From: an uncultured delta proteobacterium
GTDB lineage: Bacteria; Myxococcota_A; Polyangia; Polyangiales; Polyangiaceae
Assembly (NCBI GenBank): GCA_963850305.1
Contig: CAWKKR010000008.1
Span: 1,792,001 to 1,856,000, forward strand
Reading direction: 5' to 3'
Length of the DNA: 64,000 nucleotides
Below the pieces are notes generated by a model. That model was not told the DNA's origin. It ran no database searches and saw nothing but the letters and a program-made list of their open reading frames with translations. The translations under genes were made by a program, and so were the position numbers. This document shows positions 10,815-21,034 of this stretch, one piece after another; position 1 is the first letter of the stretch, and every line of letters starts with the position of its first letter.

Positions 10815-12098
10815 CTAAGGCGTCGACGCGAGCGCCTGCCGCGCCGCGTCCAGGGTCCGGTCCATGTCGTCCTCCGTGTGCGCCGCGGAGAGGAATGCCG
10901 CCTCGAACTGCGAGGGCGGCCAGTAGATGCCGCGTTCGATCAGCCCGCGATGCCACGCGCCGAAGCGCTCGGTGTCGCTGCGACTCGCGTCGAGCCACGA
11001 GCGCACCGGGCCGTCGTGAAAGAACACCGTGAGCATCGAGCCGACGCGTTGCACGACGCCCGTCACCTTCGCGTCACGAAGCGTACGTGAGAGCCCTTCC
11101 TCGAGCCGCGCCCCGAGCGCCTCGAGGCGATCGTAGACGGCGCCATCGAGGAGGCGCAGCGTCGCGAGTCCGGCGGTCACCGCGAGCGGGTTCCCGCTGA
11201 GTGTTCCCGCCTGGTACACGGGGCCGAGCGGGGCGATCCGTTTCATGATGTCAGCGCGACCGCCGTAGACGGCCAGTGGCATTCCACCCCCGACGACCTT
11301 GCCGAGGCAGGTCATGGCAGGACGCAGGCCGAAGCGCTCCTGTGCCCCCCCGCGGGCGAGCCTCGAGCCGGTCATCACTTCGTCGAAGATGGAGACCGCG
11401 CCGTGTTGCGCGCACAGCTCGACGAGCGCTTCGAGAAAGCCGGGAACCGGCGCGACGCAGCCCATGTTGCCCGCGACGGGCTCGACGATGACGGCGGCGA
11501 TGCGCGCCCCTTCGCTTGCGAACAGATCGTGGAGGGCCGGCACGTCGTTGTACGGAGCGGTGATGGTGCTGGCGACCGTCGCCGCGGGTACGCCCGCCGA
11601 GTCCGGCGCGCCGAACGTCGCGGCGCCGCTTCCGGCTTTGACGAGCAGCGCGTCCGCGTGACCGTGATACGCGCCGTCGAACTTCACGATGGCGTCGCGC
11701 CCCGTGAAGCCGCGCGCCGCGCGGAGCGCGCTCATCGTCGCTTCCGTGCCGCTCGAGACGCACCTCAGCATCTCGATCGACGGATAGCGCTCGGCGACGG
11801 CTTCGGCGAACTCGACTTCGAGCGCGGTCGGCGCGCCGTAAGAGAGGCCGCGCGTCGCCGCGTCTCGCACGGCGCTCACGACTTCAGGATGTGCATGCCC
11901 GAGGATCGCGGGTCCCCAACTGCCGACATAGTCGATGTATTCCTCGCCGTCGGCGTCGACGAGACGGGCGCCGAACGCGCGCGCGATGAACCGCGGGTGG
12001 CCGCCGACCGCGCGAAATGCACGCACGGGGCTGTTCACGCCGCCGGGCAGCCGCCGTTCCGCGCGCTCGAGCAGGGCTTTCGAAATCGAGTCCGTCAT
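10815..12098 (-). CDS. hemL: Glutamate-1-semialdehyde 2,1-aminomutase
   Basis: PGGVNSPVRAF, SSGTEATM, FDEVMTG, GKVVGGGMP, YQAGTLSGNP. Confidence 0.97.
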   Translation of the reverse strand: MTDSISKALLERAERRLPGGVNSPVRAFRAVGGHPRFIARAFGARLVDADGEEYIDYVGSWGPAILGHAHPEVVSAVRDAATRGLSYGAPTALEVEFAEAVAERYPSIEMLRCVSSGTEATMSALRAARGFTGRDAIVKFDGAYHGHADALLVKAGSGAATFGAPDSAGVPAATVASTITAPYNDVPALHDLFASEGARIAAVIVEPVAGNMGCVAPVPGFLEALVELCAQHGAVSIFDEVMTGSRLARGGAQERFGLRPAMTCLGKVVGGGMPLAVYGGRADIMKRIAPLGPVYQAGTLSGNPLAVTAGLATLRLLDGAVYDRLEALGARLEEGLSRTLRDAKVTGVVQRVGSMLTVFFHDGPVRSWLDASRSDTERFGAWHRGLIERGIYWPPSQFEAAFLSAAHTEDDMDRTLDAARQALASTP

Positions 12099-12292
12099 TT
12101 CGGCGAAGGGTAGCGCGGGATCCCGCGAACGACCCTCGAAAGGTGTGTCCCCCGCCTCGCCCCGACCTCGTGATCCGTCCGAAGCGCCGATCCTGCGCCG
12201 TTCCGCAATCGGTGCGCTCGACACGACCGATCGCACCGCTCCGGGGTAAGCCAGTCGGCGGCACCGTGCTTGCATCGCCATCTCGCAGATCG

Positions 12293-13276
12293 ATGCAGGT
12301 CCCGATAGGCTCCGCCCTTCTCTCCCGCGCAGGTGCGAGCTGGATCCGCGAGGCGACGGTAATTGGCGTGGCGGCACTGCTCGTCGCGAGGTCGTCTGGT
12401 GCGCAGCAAGGCAACGCGGCGATCGTGAATGAGATAACGTGGGAGCATACGGCCATCATCGACGATTACCTGACTCATCTTTCCATCCTCGTTGCTCAGG
12501 GCGCGGGCGAGCCGCGGGTGACAGCGACGTACGACGACGGAACGCAGTACTTCGGGCCAGGCTCGGACTCGACCAGCGTTCCGCTCGGGTCCGCGTCGTG
12601 GAACTCGGACTCGACGAGCATTTCGTCGGACAGCCCGTTTGCGAGCTCCGACTCGACGAGCATTTCGTCGGACAGCCCGTTTGCGAGCTCCGACTCGACG
12701 AACCCCTGGTCCTTCCACTCGCTGCCCGCCGAGAGTGCGTCGACTGCCCCGACCACTGCGGCGCCCAACGCCCAGCCGTCGTCTGGCTCGTCTGCGACGG
12801 TCGCCCCGTCGTCAGCAGCTTCCGCCCCTTCAGCGACACCGGAGCCGGCCAGCGTCTCCGTCCCGTCCGCCGTGCCCATGTCGATCGCGGAGCCCCCGCT
12901 GTTCGTGCCGATGACCTTCGAGGAATCGGTGCCCGCGTCCGTGCTCGCCGAATCGGCGGGCCTCGCTTCGTTCCCGCCGGGAGAAGGGGCGGCGACGCCG
13001 AAGGCCGAGGTTCCTCCGTCGAGGGCAGATGGCGACCAGACGCCCGACGTGCTCGTCGCGAGGAGCTTGCTGGCAGCGCCCTCGTTGCCCTCGCCAATCG
13101 CCGGCGAGCCCGACGACGTCGGCGCCATGTTCCGGAAGATGACGGTCCTCGCCTTGTTTTACATCGGCGCCACGTGCGTCACGCTCACGATGATCGTCGC
13201 TCTGGCGCTCGGACTCAGGGCACGGGCACGGAGCGCACGCCTCCGCCTCCAGTCAAAGCCACACGCGCACGGCTGA
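12293..13276 (+). CDS. Ser/Pro/Ala-rich exported protein with C-terminal TM helix and Arg-rich tail
   Basis: N-terminal hydrophobic segment, low-complexity stalk, TM VLALFYIG...LALGL followed by RARARSARLRL. Confidence 0.55.
   Translation: MQVPIGSALLSRAGASWIREATVIGVAALLVARSSGAQQGNAAIVNEITWEHTAIIDDYLTHLSILVAQGAGEPRVTATYDDGTQYFGPGSDSTSVPLGSASWNSDSTSISSDSPFASSDSTSISSDSPFASSDSTNPWSFHSLPAESASTAPTTAAPNAQPSSGSSATVAPSSAASAPSATPEPASVSVPSAVPMSIAEPPLFVPMTFEESVPASVLAESAGLASFPPGEGAATPKAEVPPSRADGDQTPDVLVARSLLAAPSLPSPIAGEPDDVGAMFRKMTVLALFYIGATCVTLTMIVALALGLRARARSARLRLQSKPHAHG
12608..12701 (+). repeat. In-frame 42-bp perfect tandem repeat (about 2.2 copies)
   Basis: gactcgacgagcatttcgtcggacagcccgtttgcgagctcc x2 plus a partial copy; encodes DSTSISSDSPFASS. 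Confidence 0.95.
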
Positions 13277-13323
13277 GACGCGGGGTGGACGCTCCCGCCT
13301 CCTTCCCGAGGGGACCCTCGAAT

Positions 13324-14919
13324 TCATCCCCCCGTCGAGGGCTTCTCGGGGATGAACGTCATGGCGCGCTCCGCGAGCGCGGTGATGGTGAGCGAGGGGT
13401 TGACGCCGGGGTTCGCGGAGATGGTCGACCCGTCCACGACGTACAGCCCGTCGTAGCCGAACAACCTATGTTGCGCATCGATCGCGCCCGCTTCCGGGGA
13501 CTCACCCATGCAAGAACCCCCGAGAATGTGCGCCGTGGTGGGGATGTCGAAGAGCGGCTCGTAGAACGCCGACATCGCGACGCCGCCGGCTTTCTCCGCG
13601 ATCCGGAGCGCAAGCTCGGTGGCTTCGGGGATGGCCGCCTTCGGGCGTTCCCCCTCCTCGACCTCGGTGTTCATGAATCCGAGCGACGATCGCACGAACC
13701 TGAGCGTGCCCTCGGTCGACCGCATGTAGAGGAGGATCATCGTCGCGCTCGCCCAGCTCGCGACGAAGAAGGCGCGCAGCGACTTTATCGGGTGAAGCAG
13801 GATGGCGATCAGGATGCGGAAGAGTTGCAGGAACCCGGCCTGACCCCGCACGTGCGGCACCATGATGGTCCTGAAGAACCCGGAACCGGCGCCGTAGCGG
13901 ACCATCTCGAGATGGGAATGTTCGTCCGTCTGATAGAGCGAGTTGATGGCGATGCCCCGCGAATGGTCTTCCTTGCCACCGGGCACCGTGACGCAGATGA
14001 GCGACTCCGAGTTCGTGCGCACCCGGCGTCCGATCTGATCGGATAGCTTAGGCAGCGCAGTAGGATCCGACTTCAGGCGGAGCAAGAGCGAGTTCGTGCC
14101 GAGCGCGCCGGCGGAGAACACGACTTGCTTCGCTCGATACTCGACGTCCTTGCGCGAGAAGTACGATCTGCCCTGGCGTGTGCGGATACGGTACCCGCCC
14201 TCCGCGACCGGGGAAACGTGCACGACCTCCGTGTCGGCCTCGAGCGCGAGGCCGCGCTTTCGTGCGAAATAGAGGTAGTTCTTGTCGAGCGTGTTCTTGG
14301 CGCCGTGACGACAGCCGGTCATGCACGCGCCGCACCGGATGCAGCCGGTGCGCTCCGGGCCCTCACCGCCGAAGTACGGATCGGGGACCGTCTTGCCGGG
14401 CTCGCCTGCGAAGACGGCGACGTGCGGCTTTTCGAAGGCTTCGGGGGTGCCGCGTTCTTCGGCGATCGACTTCAGGAGCGCGTCCGAGGGCATGAGGAAA
14501 TCCGTCGGTGCGGCGCCTAGCATGCGGCGCGCCGTTCGATAATGCGGGAGAAGCTCCTTCTCCCAGTCGGCGAGGTGCGACCACGCGGGGCTCTCGAAGA
14601 ACCCGCGCCTCGGGATGGGCAGGGTATTCGCGTACGTGAGCGACCCTCCGCCGACGCCGGCGCCAGCGAGCACCTGGACGTGACGAAAGGGCCGCATCAC
14701 GAAGAGTCCGCGAAACCCGACGAGCGGCGCCCAGAGCCACTTCTTCACGTCCCAGTTCGTCTCGGGAAAGTCCGCAGCCTTGAGCTCGCTGCCCTTCTCG
14801 AGCAAGAGAACGTCATAGCCCTTCTCCACGAGCCGGAGCGCCGAGACGCTCCCGCCGAAGCCGGAGCCGATGATGGCAAAGTCGTATGTGCGAAGCGACT
14901 GGGGCGCTGGAAGGGTCAT
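13324..14919 (-). CDS. GMC oxidoreductase, cholesterol oxidase (ChoD-like) family
   Basis: IIGSGFGGSV, GAGVGGGSL, CIRCGACMTGC, TTAHILGG, GVNPSLTITALAERAM. Confidence 0.88.
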   Translation of the reverse strand: MTLPAPQSLRTYDFAIIGSGFGGSVSALRLVEKGYDVLLLEKGSELKAADFPETNWDVKKWLWAPLVGFRGLFVMRPFRHVQVLAGAGVGGGSLTYANTLPIPRRGFFESPAWSHLADWEKELLPHYRTARRMLGAAPTDFLMPSDALLKSIAEERGTPEAFEKPHVAVFAGEPGKTVPDPYFGGEGPERTGCIRCGACMTGCRHGAKNTLDKNYLYFARKRGLALEADTEVVHVSPVAEGGYRIRTRQGRSYFSRKDVEYRAKQVVFSAGALGTNSLLLRLKSDPTALPKLSDQIGRRVRTNSESLICVTVPGGKEDHSRGIAINSLYQTDEHSHLEMVRYGAGSGFFRTIMVPHVRGQAGFLQLFRILIAILLHPIKSLRAFFVASWASATMILLYMRSTEGTLRFVRSSLGFMNTEVEEGERPKAAIPEATELALRIAEKAGGVAMSAFYEPLFDIPTTAHILGGSCMGESPEAGAIDAQHRLFGYDGLYVVDGSTISANPGVNPSLTITALAERAMTFIPEKPSTGG

Positions 14920-15014
14920 GGTTCTCGCCGCTCCGGGCCGCGGCCCGGCCGCGGCCGGGCGGAGCATCGCACGTCGCTGCCGACCAACCAACGACTCCGG
15001 CTTCGCGCGAGAAA

Positions 15015-16625
15015 TCAGCCGGATCGGACGCGCAATGACGCGCGCTGATGCCGGGCTCGCTTCGCTTCGTACATGTGGGCATCCGCGGCTTGCATCAAAT
15101 CGATCAGGTTGCGCGGGTCTTCGGGGTGAAAGACCGCCGCGCCCGTGCTGATCGAAAGACGATAGCGATGCGTCGAGAGGGCGTTCAGCTCGCTCACTCG
15201 TTCTTCGATGCGGGCATAGGTCGTTGCGATCCCGAGCTCGTCGCAGTCTCCGGCGAAGACGGCGAATTCGTCGCCGCCCAGCCGCGCGACGACGTCGGAA
15301 GCACGAAACACCCCGGTCAACACATCCGCGGCAGCGCGAAGAGCATGATCACCCATCTCGTGACCGAGCTGGTCGTTGATGAGCTTCATGCCGTTCAGGT
15401 CCGCGAAGAAGACGACACACGGTTCGAGGGATCTCGCTGCAGCTTTGAGCTGGTGTTCGGCGACTTCCATGAAGCCGCGCCGGTTATAGAGACCCGTGAG
15501 TTCGTCGCGGAGGGACAGCGCCCGGAGGGCCTCGGACTTTTCGACGAGCTGCGTTTCCGCGCGCTTGATCGCCGTCGTGTCGTGAAAGACCGCCACGGCG
15601 GCCACTGCGGTACCGTCCTCGCTGATCGGTCGAGTCGTCACGCTGTATGACCGTAGCTCGTCGTTCACGCGCAGCACGATCTCCACGCCGTCGGAGGCGT
15701 GGCCCTGAAGCGCGCGGGTGATGGGTCCCTGATCCGCCGGAAACGGGGTCTTTCCGTCGGGGAGAAAGGCTTGCTGATGCTGCGACCAATCCGCTGACGG
15801 ACGCTCGCCGACCGAATACGGCACGATGCGTTTGGCGGCCGGATTGATCAGCACGGTCTCCCTGTCGGCGTCGAGAACGACCACGGCATCCCCGATATTG
15901 GAAAGCACGGATTCCAGCAGCCGAGACTGAGCGCGGAGCTGGGCTTCCGCCTTCTTTCTGGCGGCGATGTCGCTCGCGAGCTGCAGGTTCGTGAGACGCG
16001 CCTGTTCCGCGTCGCGCCGCGCGCTCGAGAGCCCGGCGAGCGCCAGCGCCACGCCGCCGGCGAGAACGGCTCCGAGCATGAGCTGGAGATGCAGCGTGGC
16101 CGCCGCCACCGCCTCCTCGCGCTCACGGAGCCGCTCGTCCGTCCTGGCGAGCATTCGTCCGATCTCGACGCGGACGGTGTCCATGGCGGTCTTGCCTCGA
16201 GCGAGGATGACGATGGCCTCCTCGTCGCTCGGATGGTGTCCTCGCTGCCGCTCGATGAGCTCGTCGAGGAATGCGAGCTTCTGGCGACTGAGCGTGTCGA
16301 CACGCGATGCGCCGGCGCGCTGCACGGGGTCCGACGCCCCCACGTGCCGGAGCGACTCGAGGTCCGTGAGGAGCTCGGGGCGAGCGTTCCGGTAGGTTTC
16401 GAGGAACCGATCGTCACCGGTCAGCAGGAATCCGCGCACCCCGGTCTCCGCATCCTTCAATCGCGAGAGGGTCTCGATCATGACCTCCCGCGCGGAGAGC
16501 GTCTCCCGGACCGCGGCCTGTCGGGCGAGGAAGCTCTGGGCGTCGGCGCGCAAGAAGAGTCCGAACACGACGATCGCGCCGAGCGCCAGGAGCCACGGTA
16601 ATGAGCGAAGACGGGCAAGAGCCAT
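15015..16625 (-). CDS. Membrane diguanylate cyclase, CHASE3-PAS-GGDEF
   Basis: DAETGVRGFLLTGD (CHASE3), two TM helices, PAS, DELTGLYNRRGF, ARLGGDEF. Confidence 0.92.
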   Translation of the reverse strand: MALARLRSLPWLLALGAIVVFGLFLRADAQSFLARQAAVRETLSAREVMIETLSRLKDAETGVRGFLLTGDDRFLETYRNARPELLTDLESLRHVGASDPVQRAGASRVDTLSRQKLAFLDELIERQRGHHPSDEEAIVILARGKTAMDTVRVEIGRMLARTDERLREREEAVAAATLHLQLMLGAVLAGGVALALAGLSSARRDAEQARLTNLQLASDIAARKKAEAQLRAQSRLLESVLSNIGDAVVVLDADRETVLINPAAKRIVPYSVGERPSADWSQHQQAFLPDGKTPFPADQGPITRALQGHASDGVEIVLRVNDELRSYSVTTRPISEDGTAVAAVAVFHDTTAIKRAETQLVEKSEALRALSLRDELTGLYNRRGFMEVAEHQLKAAARSLEPCVVFFADLNGMKLINDQLGHEMGDHALRAAADVLTGVFRASDVVARLGGDEFAVFAGDCDELGIATTYARIEERVSELNALSTHRYRLSISTGAAVFHPEDPRNLIDLMQAADAHMYEAKRARHQRASLRVRSG

Positions 16626-16688
16626 GAACGGCCAATGAAGACGCTACTCGAAGCATATCGCGGTTGCCCTGATTCGAGCAGGGCAGCC

Positions 16689-17066
16689 TCAGAATCGTCC
16701 CCGTCTCGGGGAGTCATGCGCGCGATCGGAGTCCTGGGTCTCCCCCGTTTCGGCTCGATGTGAACCGCCCCTGCGATCCCCGACCAGCGTGAGGCCGCTC
16801 ATCACGAACAGCAGCACGCCCGGGGGTGCCAGGAACGCCATCAGCACGACGCTCTCGTACGCCCTGTCAACCTTGCCCTGCATCTCGGGCACGTGCGTTG
16901 CGCCGCGGAGCCCGCCGGGAATGCCTCGCGACGCGGCCCGGACGGAAATGGCCGCCGTCAGGAACGGCGCCGCGACCATCACCGCACCGATGGCCATGCC
17001 CGCGCGGAGCCAGCGCGCCTTCGATGGAGTCAGGGGCTTTTTGGCGGGAGCGGGCGGATCGTCCAC
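16689..17066 (-). CDS. Small hypothetical membrane protein (2 TM)
   Basis: Two hydrophobic segments within a longer ORF; start uncertain. Confidence 0.4.
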   Translation of the reverse strand: MDDPPAPAKKPLTPSKARWLRAGMAIGAVMVAAPFLTAAISVRAASRGIPGGLRGATHVPEMQGKVDRAYESVVLMAFLAPPGVLLFVMSGLTLVGDRRGGSHRAETGETQDSDRAHDSPRRGRF

Positions 17067-17177
17067 GGCGCGGACCCTAGCTCCGGAGATCGCCTGGGTC
17101 GACCCCCGGGTTTCGTTCCTCGGCGCCTTGTCGTCGACGGCTGTTCGCGCCGTGAAAGCGGTGCGAAGAACACGGCC

Positions 17178-17678
17178 ATGGCGGAAGAAACGCGAATTCG
17201 CCCCATCGTGGCGGCTGACGTCGACGATGTCGCGCGCATGGCGGGGCAGCTCGTTCGCTATCACCATTCGCTCGACGCGCTCCGATTTCTGCTCATCGAT
17301 GGCGTCGAGAACGGCTACGCGCGGTTCCTTCGTAGTCAGCTCGCGGAGAAGACCGTCGTGCTGCTCGTAGCCGAACAGAGCGGGCATCGGGTCGGCTACG
17401 CCTACGCGCGGCTCGAATCGCGGGATTGGAACGCGCTCCTCGACGCGCACGGCGCGCTGCACGACATCTTCGTCGAACCCGGCGCGAGGGGTCGCGGGGT
17501 CGCGTCGGCCCTGCTCACGGAGGTCGTCGCGCGGCTCGTCGCGCTCGGGGCACCCCGCGTCGTTCTCTCGACGGCCGTGCAGAACGATGCGGCTCACCGG
17601 TTATTCTGGCGCCACGGCTTTCGCCGGACGATGATCGAGATGACGCGCGAGCTCGGGCCTGGTCATTCGAACGGGTGA
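17178..17678 (+). CDS. GNAT N-acetyltransferase
   Basis: LHDIFVEPGARGRGVASALL, N..A..LF...GFR. Confidence 0.9.
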   Translation: MAEETRIRPIVAADVDDVARMAGQLVRYHHSLDALRFLLIDGVENGYARFLRSQLAEKTVVLLVAEQSGHRVGYAYARLESRDWNALLDAHGALHDIFVEPGARGRGVASALLTEVVARLVALGAPRVVLSTAVQNDAAHRLFWRHGFRRTMIEMTRELGPGHSNG

Positions 17679-17698
17679 AGCACTAGGATCTTCTGGCC

Positions 17699-18260
17699 AT
17701 GCCGATGCCCGTCAAAATGACTCCGACCGAGATCCCTGCCGTCACCGTCGTCGAGACGGGAATGGTGAAGGACGATCGTGGCTTCTTCTCCGAGACCTAT
17801 TCGTCGGTGATGTTCGGTAGGGCCGGGCTGGATGCGGTGTTCGTTCAGGACAACCTGAGCAGCTCGCGCAAGGGGACGCTCCGCGGACTTCACTACCAGC
17901 TCGAGCCGCACGCGATGGGCAAGCTCGTGCGCGTCGTCCGCGGCTCCGCATTCGATGTGGCTGTCGACATCCGGCGCGGCTCCCCGACCTTCGGCAAATG
18001 GGTGGGCCGCACGCTCACCGCCGAGAACAGACATGCGCTCTGGGTCCCCGCCGGGTTCGCTCACGGCTTTCTCGCTCTCGAGGACGAGACGTTCGTGTTC
18101 TACAAGTGCACCCAGATCCACACGCCCGAATCCGAGCGCGCCATTCATTTCCGCAGATCCGGAAATCGGGATCGAGTGGCCCATTCCCGCGACCCTCGTG
18201 GCGCCGAAGGACGCCGCCGCGCCGCCGCTCGCGCGCGCGGAACACAATTTCGTTTACTAG
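17699..18260 (+). CDS. rmlC: dTDP-4-dehydrorhamnose 3,5-epimerase, +1 frameshift at ~18151
   Basis: DDRGFFSE, FVQDN, GTLRGLHYQ, DVAVDIRRGSPTFG, GFAHGF; the C-terminus DPEIGIEWP...KD is in the next frame. Confidence 0.92.
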
Positions 18261-18270
18261 GAAAGGTGCC

Positions 18271-18492
18271 CGCGAGCGGAGCGAGCCCGCCGAAGGCGGC
18301 GGGGGAGCGGTCGCGAAGCCGCGGGGGCAAAGCGGGCAAGGCCCCCTTGCGAGCACGAGCCCGCCGAAGGCGGCGGGGGAGCGGTTGCGAAGCAAGCCGC
18401 GGGGGTCAAGACCCCCTTGCGAGCACGAGCCCGCCGAAGGCGGCGGGGGAGCGGTCGCGAAGCGAGCCGCGGGGGTCAAGGGCCCCCGTGAG
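18271..18492. repeat. Three tandem ~70-bp palindromic REP/BIME-like units between convergent rmlC and birA
   Basis: gagcccgccgaaggcggcgggggagcggt(c/t)gcgaagc in all three units; ggggg-tcaaga-ccccc hairpin or variants. Confidence 0.9.
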
Positions 18493-18519
18493 TTGGCTGG
18501 CCTCCCATCCCGGTGCGGC

Positions 18520-19308
18520 TTACGTCGCGCGCGCGACCGTTCCCGACGTGACCCGCTTCACGGCTCCAGTGTCGTCGCGCAGGAGTAGCGCGCCGTCGTC
18601 GTCGATGCCGGCGCCGGTGCCGGCCTGGTCGCCGACGATCAGGCGCTCGCCGAAGAGTGCGTCGTGAGCGCGCAGCTCGCCGACGAGAGGCGATAGCCCC
18701 GTCGCGACGAAAACGTCGAGGCGCGCCGCGAAGTCATCGAGAAATTCGGCGAGCACTGCTTCGCGGACCGGTGCGGGGTCGCCGAGCAGCGCGAGCGACG
18801 TGGCGACGTTCGCGATGTCGTCGGGGAGCTCGCGCATCCGCACGTTGATCCCGACCCCGACGACGATCGCATCGACGACGGACCCGCCGACGCGGGTCTC
18901 CACGAGGATGCCGGCAAGTTTTCTGCGCCCGACGAGCACGTCGTTCGGCCACTTGACGACCACGCGAGCGTCCACGCGCCGAGCGGCGACGCTGCGCACC
19001 GCGAGGCCCACGACGAGCGACAGCGCGCTCACGCGTTCCGCGGGCAGGTCCGAGTGGAGCAGGATCGAGAACATCAGATTCTCACCGGGGGGCGACGTCC
19101 AGGCATGACCGCGACGACCGCGTCCGCGGGTCTGGATATCGGCGACGAAGGTGGTGCCGGGCAGTGCGCCGGCTCTCGCCGCGGCGAAGGCGTCGTCATT
19201 GGTGGAACCCGTCTCGCGCACGGCCACGAGAGGTTCTCCCAGAGTTTGGCTCCTGCCGAGGCGGAGGCCGGAGAAGACCGTCCTATCGAAAGAGCCTTCG
19301 TCACTCAT
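18520..19308 (-). CDS. birA: Biotin--[acetyl-CoA-carboxylase] ligase
   Basis: GSTND, QTRGRGRRGHAW, KWPND, KLAGILVE; no N-terminal HTH. Confidence 0.95.
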   Translation of the reverse strand: MSDEGSFDRTVFSGLRLGRSQTLGEPLVAVRETGSTNDDAFAAARAGALPGTTFVADIQTRGRGRRGHAWTSPPGENLMFSILLHSDLPAERVSALSLVVGLAVRSVAARRVDARVVVKWPNDVLVGRRKLAGILVETRVGGSVVDAIVVGVGINVRMRELPDDIANVATSLALLGDPAPVREAVLAEFLDDFAARLDVFVATGLSPLVGELRAHDALFGERLIVGDQAGTGAGIDDDGALLLRDDTGAVKRVTSGTVARAT

Positions 19309-20149
19309 CGATGCGCTCGAGGTCGAGACCGATGTCCGCCGCCGGCGCGGAATGCGTCAGCGCGCCGACGCTGATGACGTCCACGCCGGCTCGCGCGAGC
19401 GCAGGGACGCGGTCGAGCGTCACGCCGCCCGAGACCTCGACGACCGCGCGATTCCTGGCGCGGCGCACTGCGTCTTCGAGCTCGTGCGGCGCGAAGTTGT
19501 CGAGCATGACGATATCGGCGCCCGCGGCCAGCGCTTGGTCCAGCTCGGCGAGCGATTCGACCTCGATCTCGATGCGCGACGTGTGGGGCGCTCGGTCGCG
19601 CGCCCGCGTGACGGCCGCGGTGACGCCCCCTGCCGCGACGATGTGATTGTCCTTGATGAGAACGGCCGAACCCAGCGTGTCGCGATGGTTGCGCGCGCCG
19701 CCGGTGCGTACCGCGTAGCGCTCCAGCATGCGCAGGCCGGGCGTCGTTTTTCTGGTGTCCGCGATGCGGGTCTCGCAGCCCGGGGGTATGGCATCCGCGT
19801 AGCGGCGGGCGAGCGTCGCGATACCCGTCATTCGCTGCACGAAGTTCAGCGCCGTGCGTTCGGCGGCCAGGATCGAACGCGCATATCCGCGCACGGTCCA
19901 GAGTACGTCGCCGGGAAGCGCGCGGGTGCCGTCCGCGACGTTCATCGTCACCTCGATCTCGGGGTCGACCTCCCTGAACACGGCGCAAAACACATCGCCG
20001 CCGCACACGACGATCTCCGAACGTGCGACGGCCCAGCCGAGCACGCGCGTCGACGCATCCACGGTGGCCTCCGTGGTCAGATCGCCGCCGGCGAGATCTT
20101 CCTCGAGCGCCCGGACGACGATCGGGCCCAGGAGCGCGCGCGCGAGCAT
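19301..20149 (-). CDS. nadC: Quinolinate phosphoribosyltransferase
   Basis: ALEED...DLTT, AERTALN, DTRKTTPG, LIKDNH, MLDN, ISVGALTHS. Confidence 0.96.
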   Translation of the reverse strand: MLARALLGPIVVRALEEDLAGGDLTTEATVDASTRVLGWAVARSEIVVCGGDVFCAVFREVDPEIEVTMNVADGTRALPGDVLWTVRGYARSILAAERTALNFVQRMTGIATLARRYADAIPPGCETRIADTRKTTPGLRMLERYAVRTGGARNHRDTLGSAVLIKDNHIVAAGGVTAAVTRARDRAPHTSRIEIEVESLAELDQALAAGADIVMLDNFAPHELEDAVRRARNRAVVEVSGGVTLDRVPALARAGVDVISVGALTHSAPAADIGLDLERIDE

Positions 20150-20865
20150 CAGCCGAGACCGTAGCTGTGCGCCAGGTACGACGCAAAGAGGTTGCAGAGC
20201 GCGTGGAATGCCGCAGACGCCCCGACCCCACGCCGTTTCACGCGGAGCCAGCCGAAAAGCAGTGACGGAAAGAAGACCGCGAGGCGGCTGAGGTTCGGCT
20301 CGGTCGCCAGGTGACCGAGGGCGAAGATCACACTCGTCACCGCGACGCCCGCGCCGACCCGGGCACCCAGGAAATCGAACCTGGGTGGGATCACGTCGTC
20401 CAGGCTGGTCTGGAGGTACCCGCGGTAGAAAGCTTCTTCCGGAAGCGCGATGACGAGAAACTGTCCGAGCGCTTCGTTCGCGATGCTCCCGAGCGGCGCC
20501 GGTCGGAACGGTGCGATCGGATGCCACCAGGCGCGGTATCCCAACCAGAAGGGCGGGAAGATGATCGCCGCGAGGGCGAGCGCGACGCACAGTTCTCTCG
20601 CGGCGCTCTGCACGAGCTGCCCGAGGCGGAGGGGTTCTCGGTCGAGCAGTCCCCCGAGTGACAACCCGAAGTGTCGCGCGCGCTCGGGGTCATCGTCGCG
20701 GAGCGCGAGCCAGTAGGTCGCGCCGAGAAATGCGAGCCCGACGGCGCTCGCCGCGTGTTCGACGGGCGCAGCGTAGGAGAGCGCCGTCACCAGCGCCGTG
20801 GTGACGACCGCTGCCGCGACGGGACGCTGCCACCCCGGGCGCTCGGGCTGTCCGGTAGGCGTCAC
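20149..20865 (-). CDS. CPBP (type II CAAX/Abi) intramembrane glutamic protease, myxosortase-like
   Basis: EEAFYRGYLQ, FALGH, FFPSLLFGWLR, FHALCN; multiple TM helices. Confidence 0.85.
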   Translation of the reverse strand: MTPTGQPERPGWQRPVAAAVVTTALVTALSYAAPVEHAASAVGLAFLGATYWLALRDDDPERARHFGLSLGGLLDREPLRLGQLVQSAARELCVALALAAIIFPPFWLGYRAWWHPIAPFRPAPLGSIANEALGQFLVIALPEEAFYRGYLQTSLDDVIPPRFDFLGARVGAGVAVTSVIFALGHLATEPNLSRLAVFFPSLLFGWLRVKRRGVGASAAFHALCNLFASYLAHSYGLG

Positions 20866-21034
20866 GAGGCGGCAATCGTACCGTGCCGTCCAGTCGCGTC
20901 GGAGTTTTTCACGATCCGGCCGAATCCGTCGCGACGAATCGGGCGGGGCGCTTACTCCCCGCGCGGCCACGCTTGAGATAAGGTCGCCCCCTGTCCGCGC
21001 GCGTGCCAGACCCACGCGTCCGGTGGGAGGCCCC

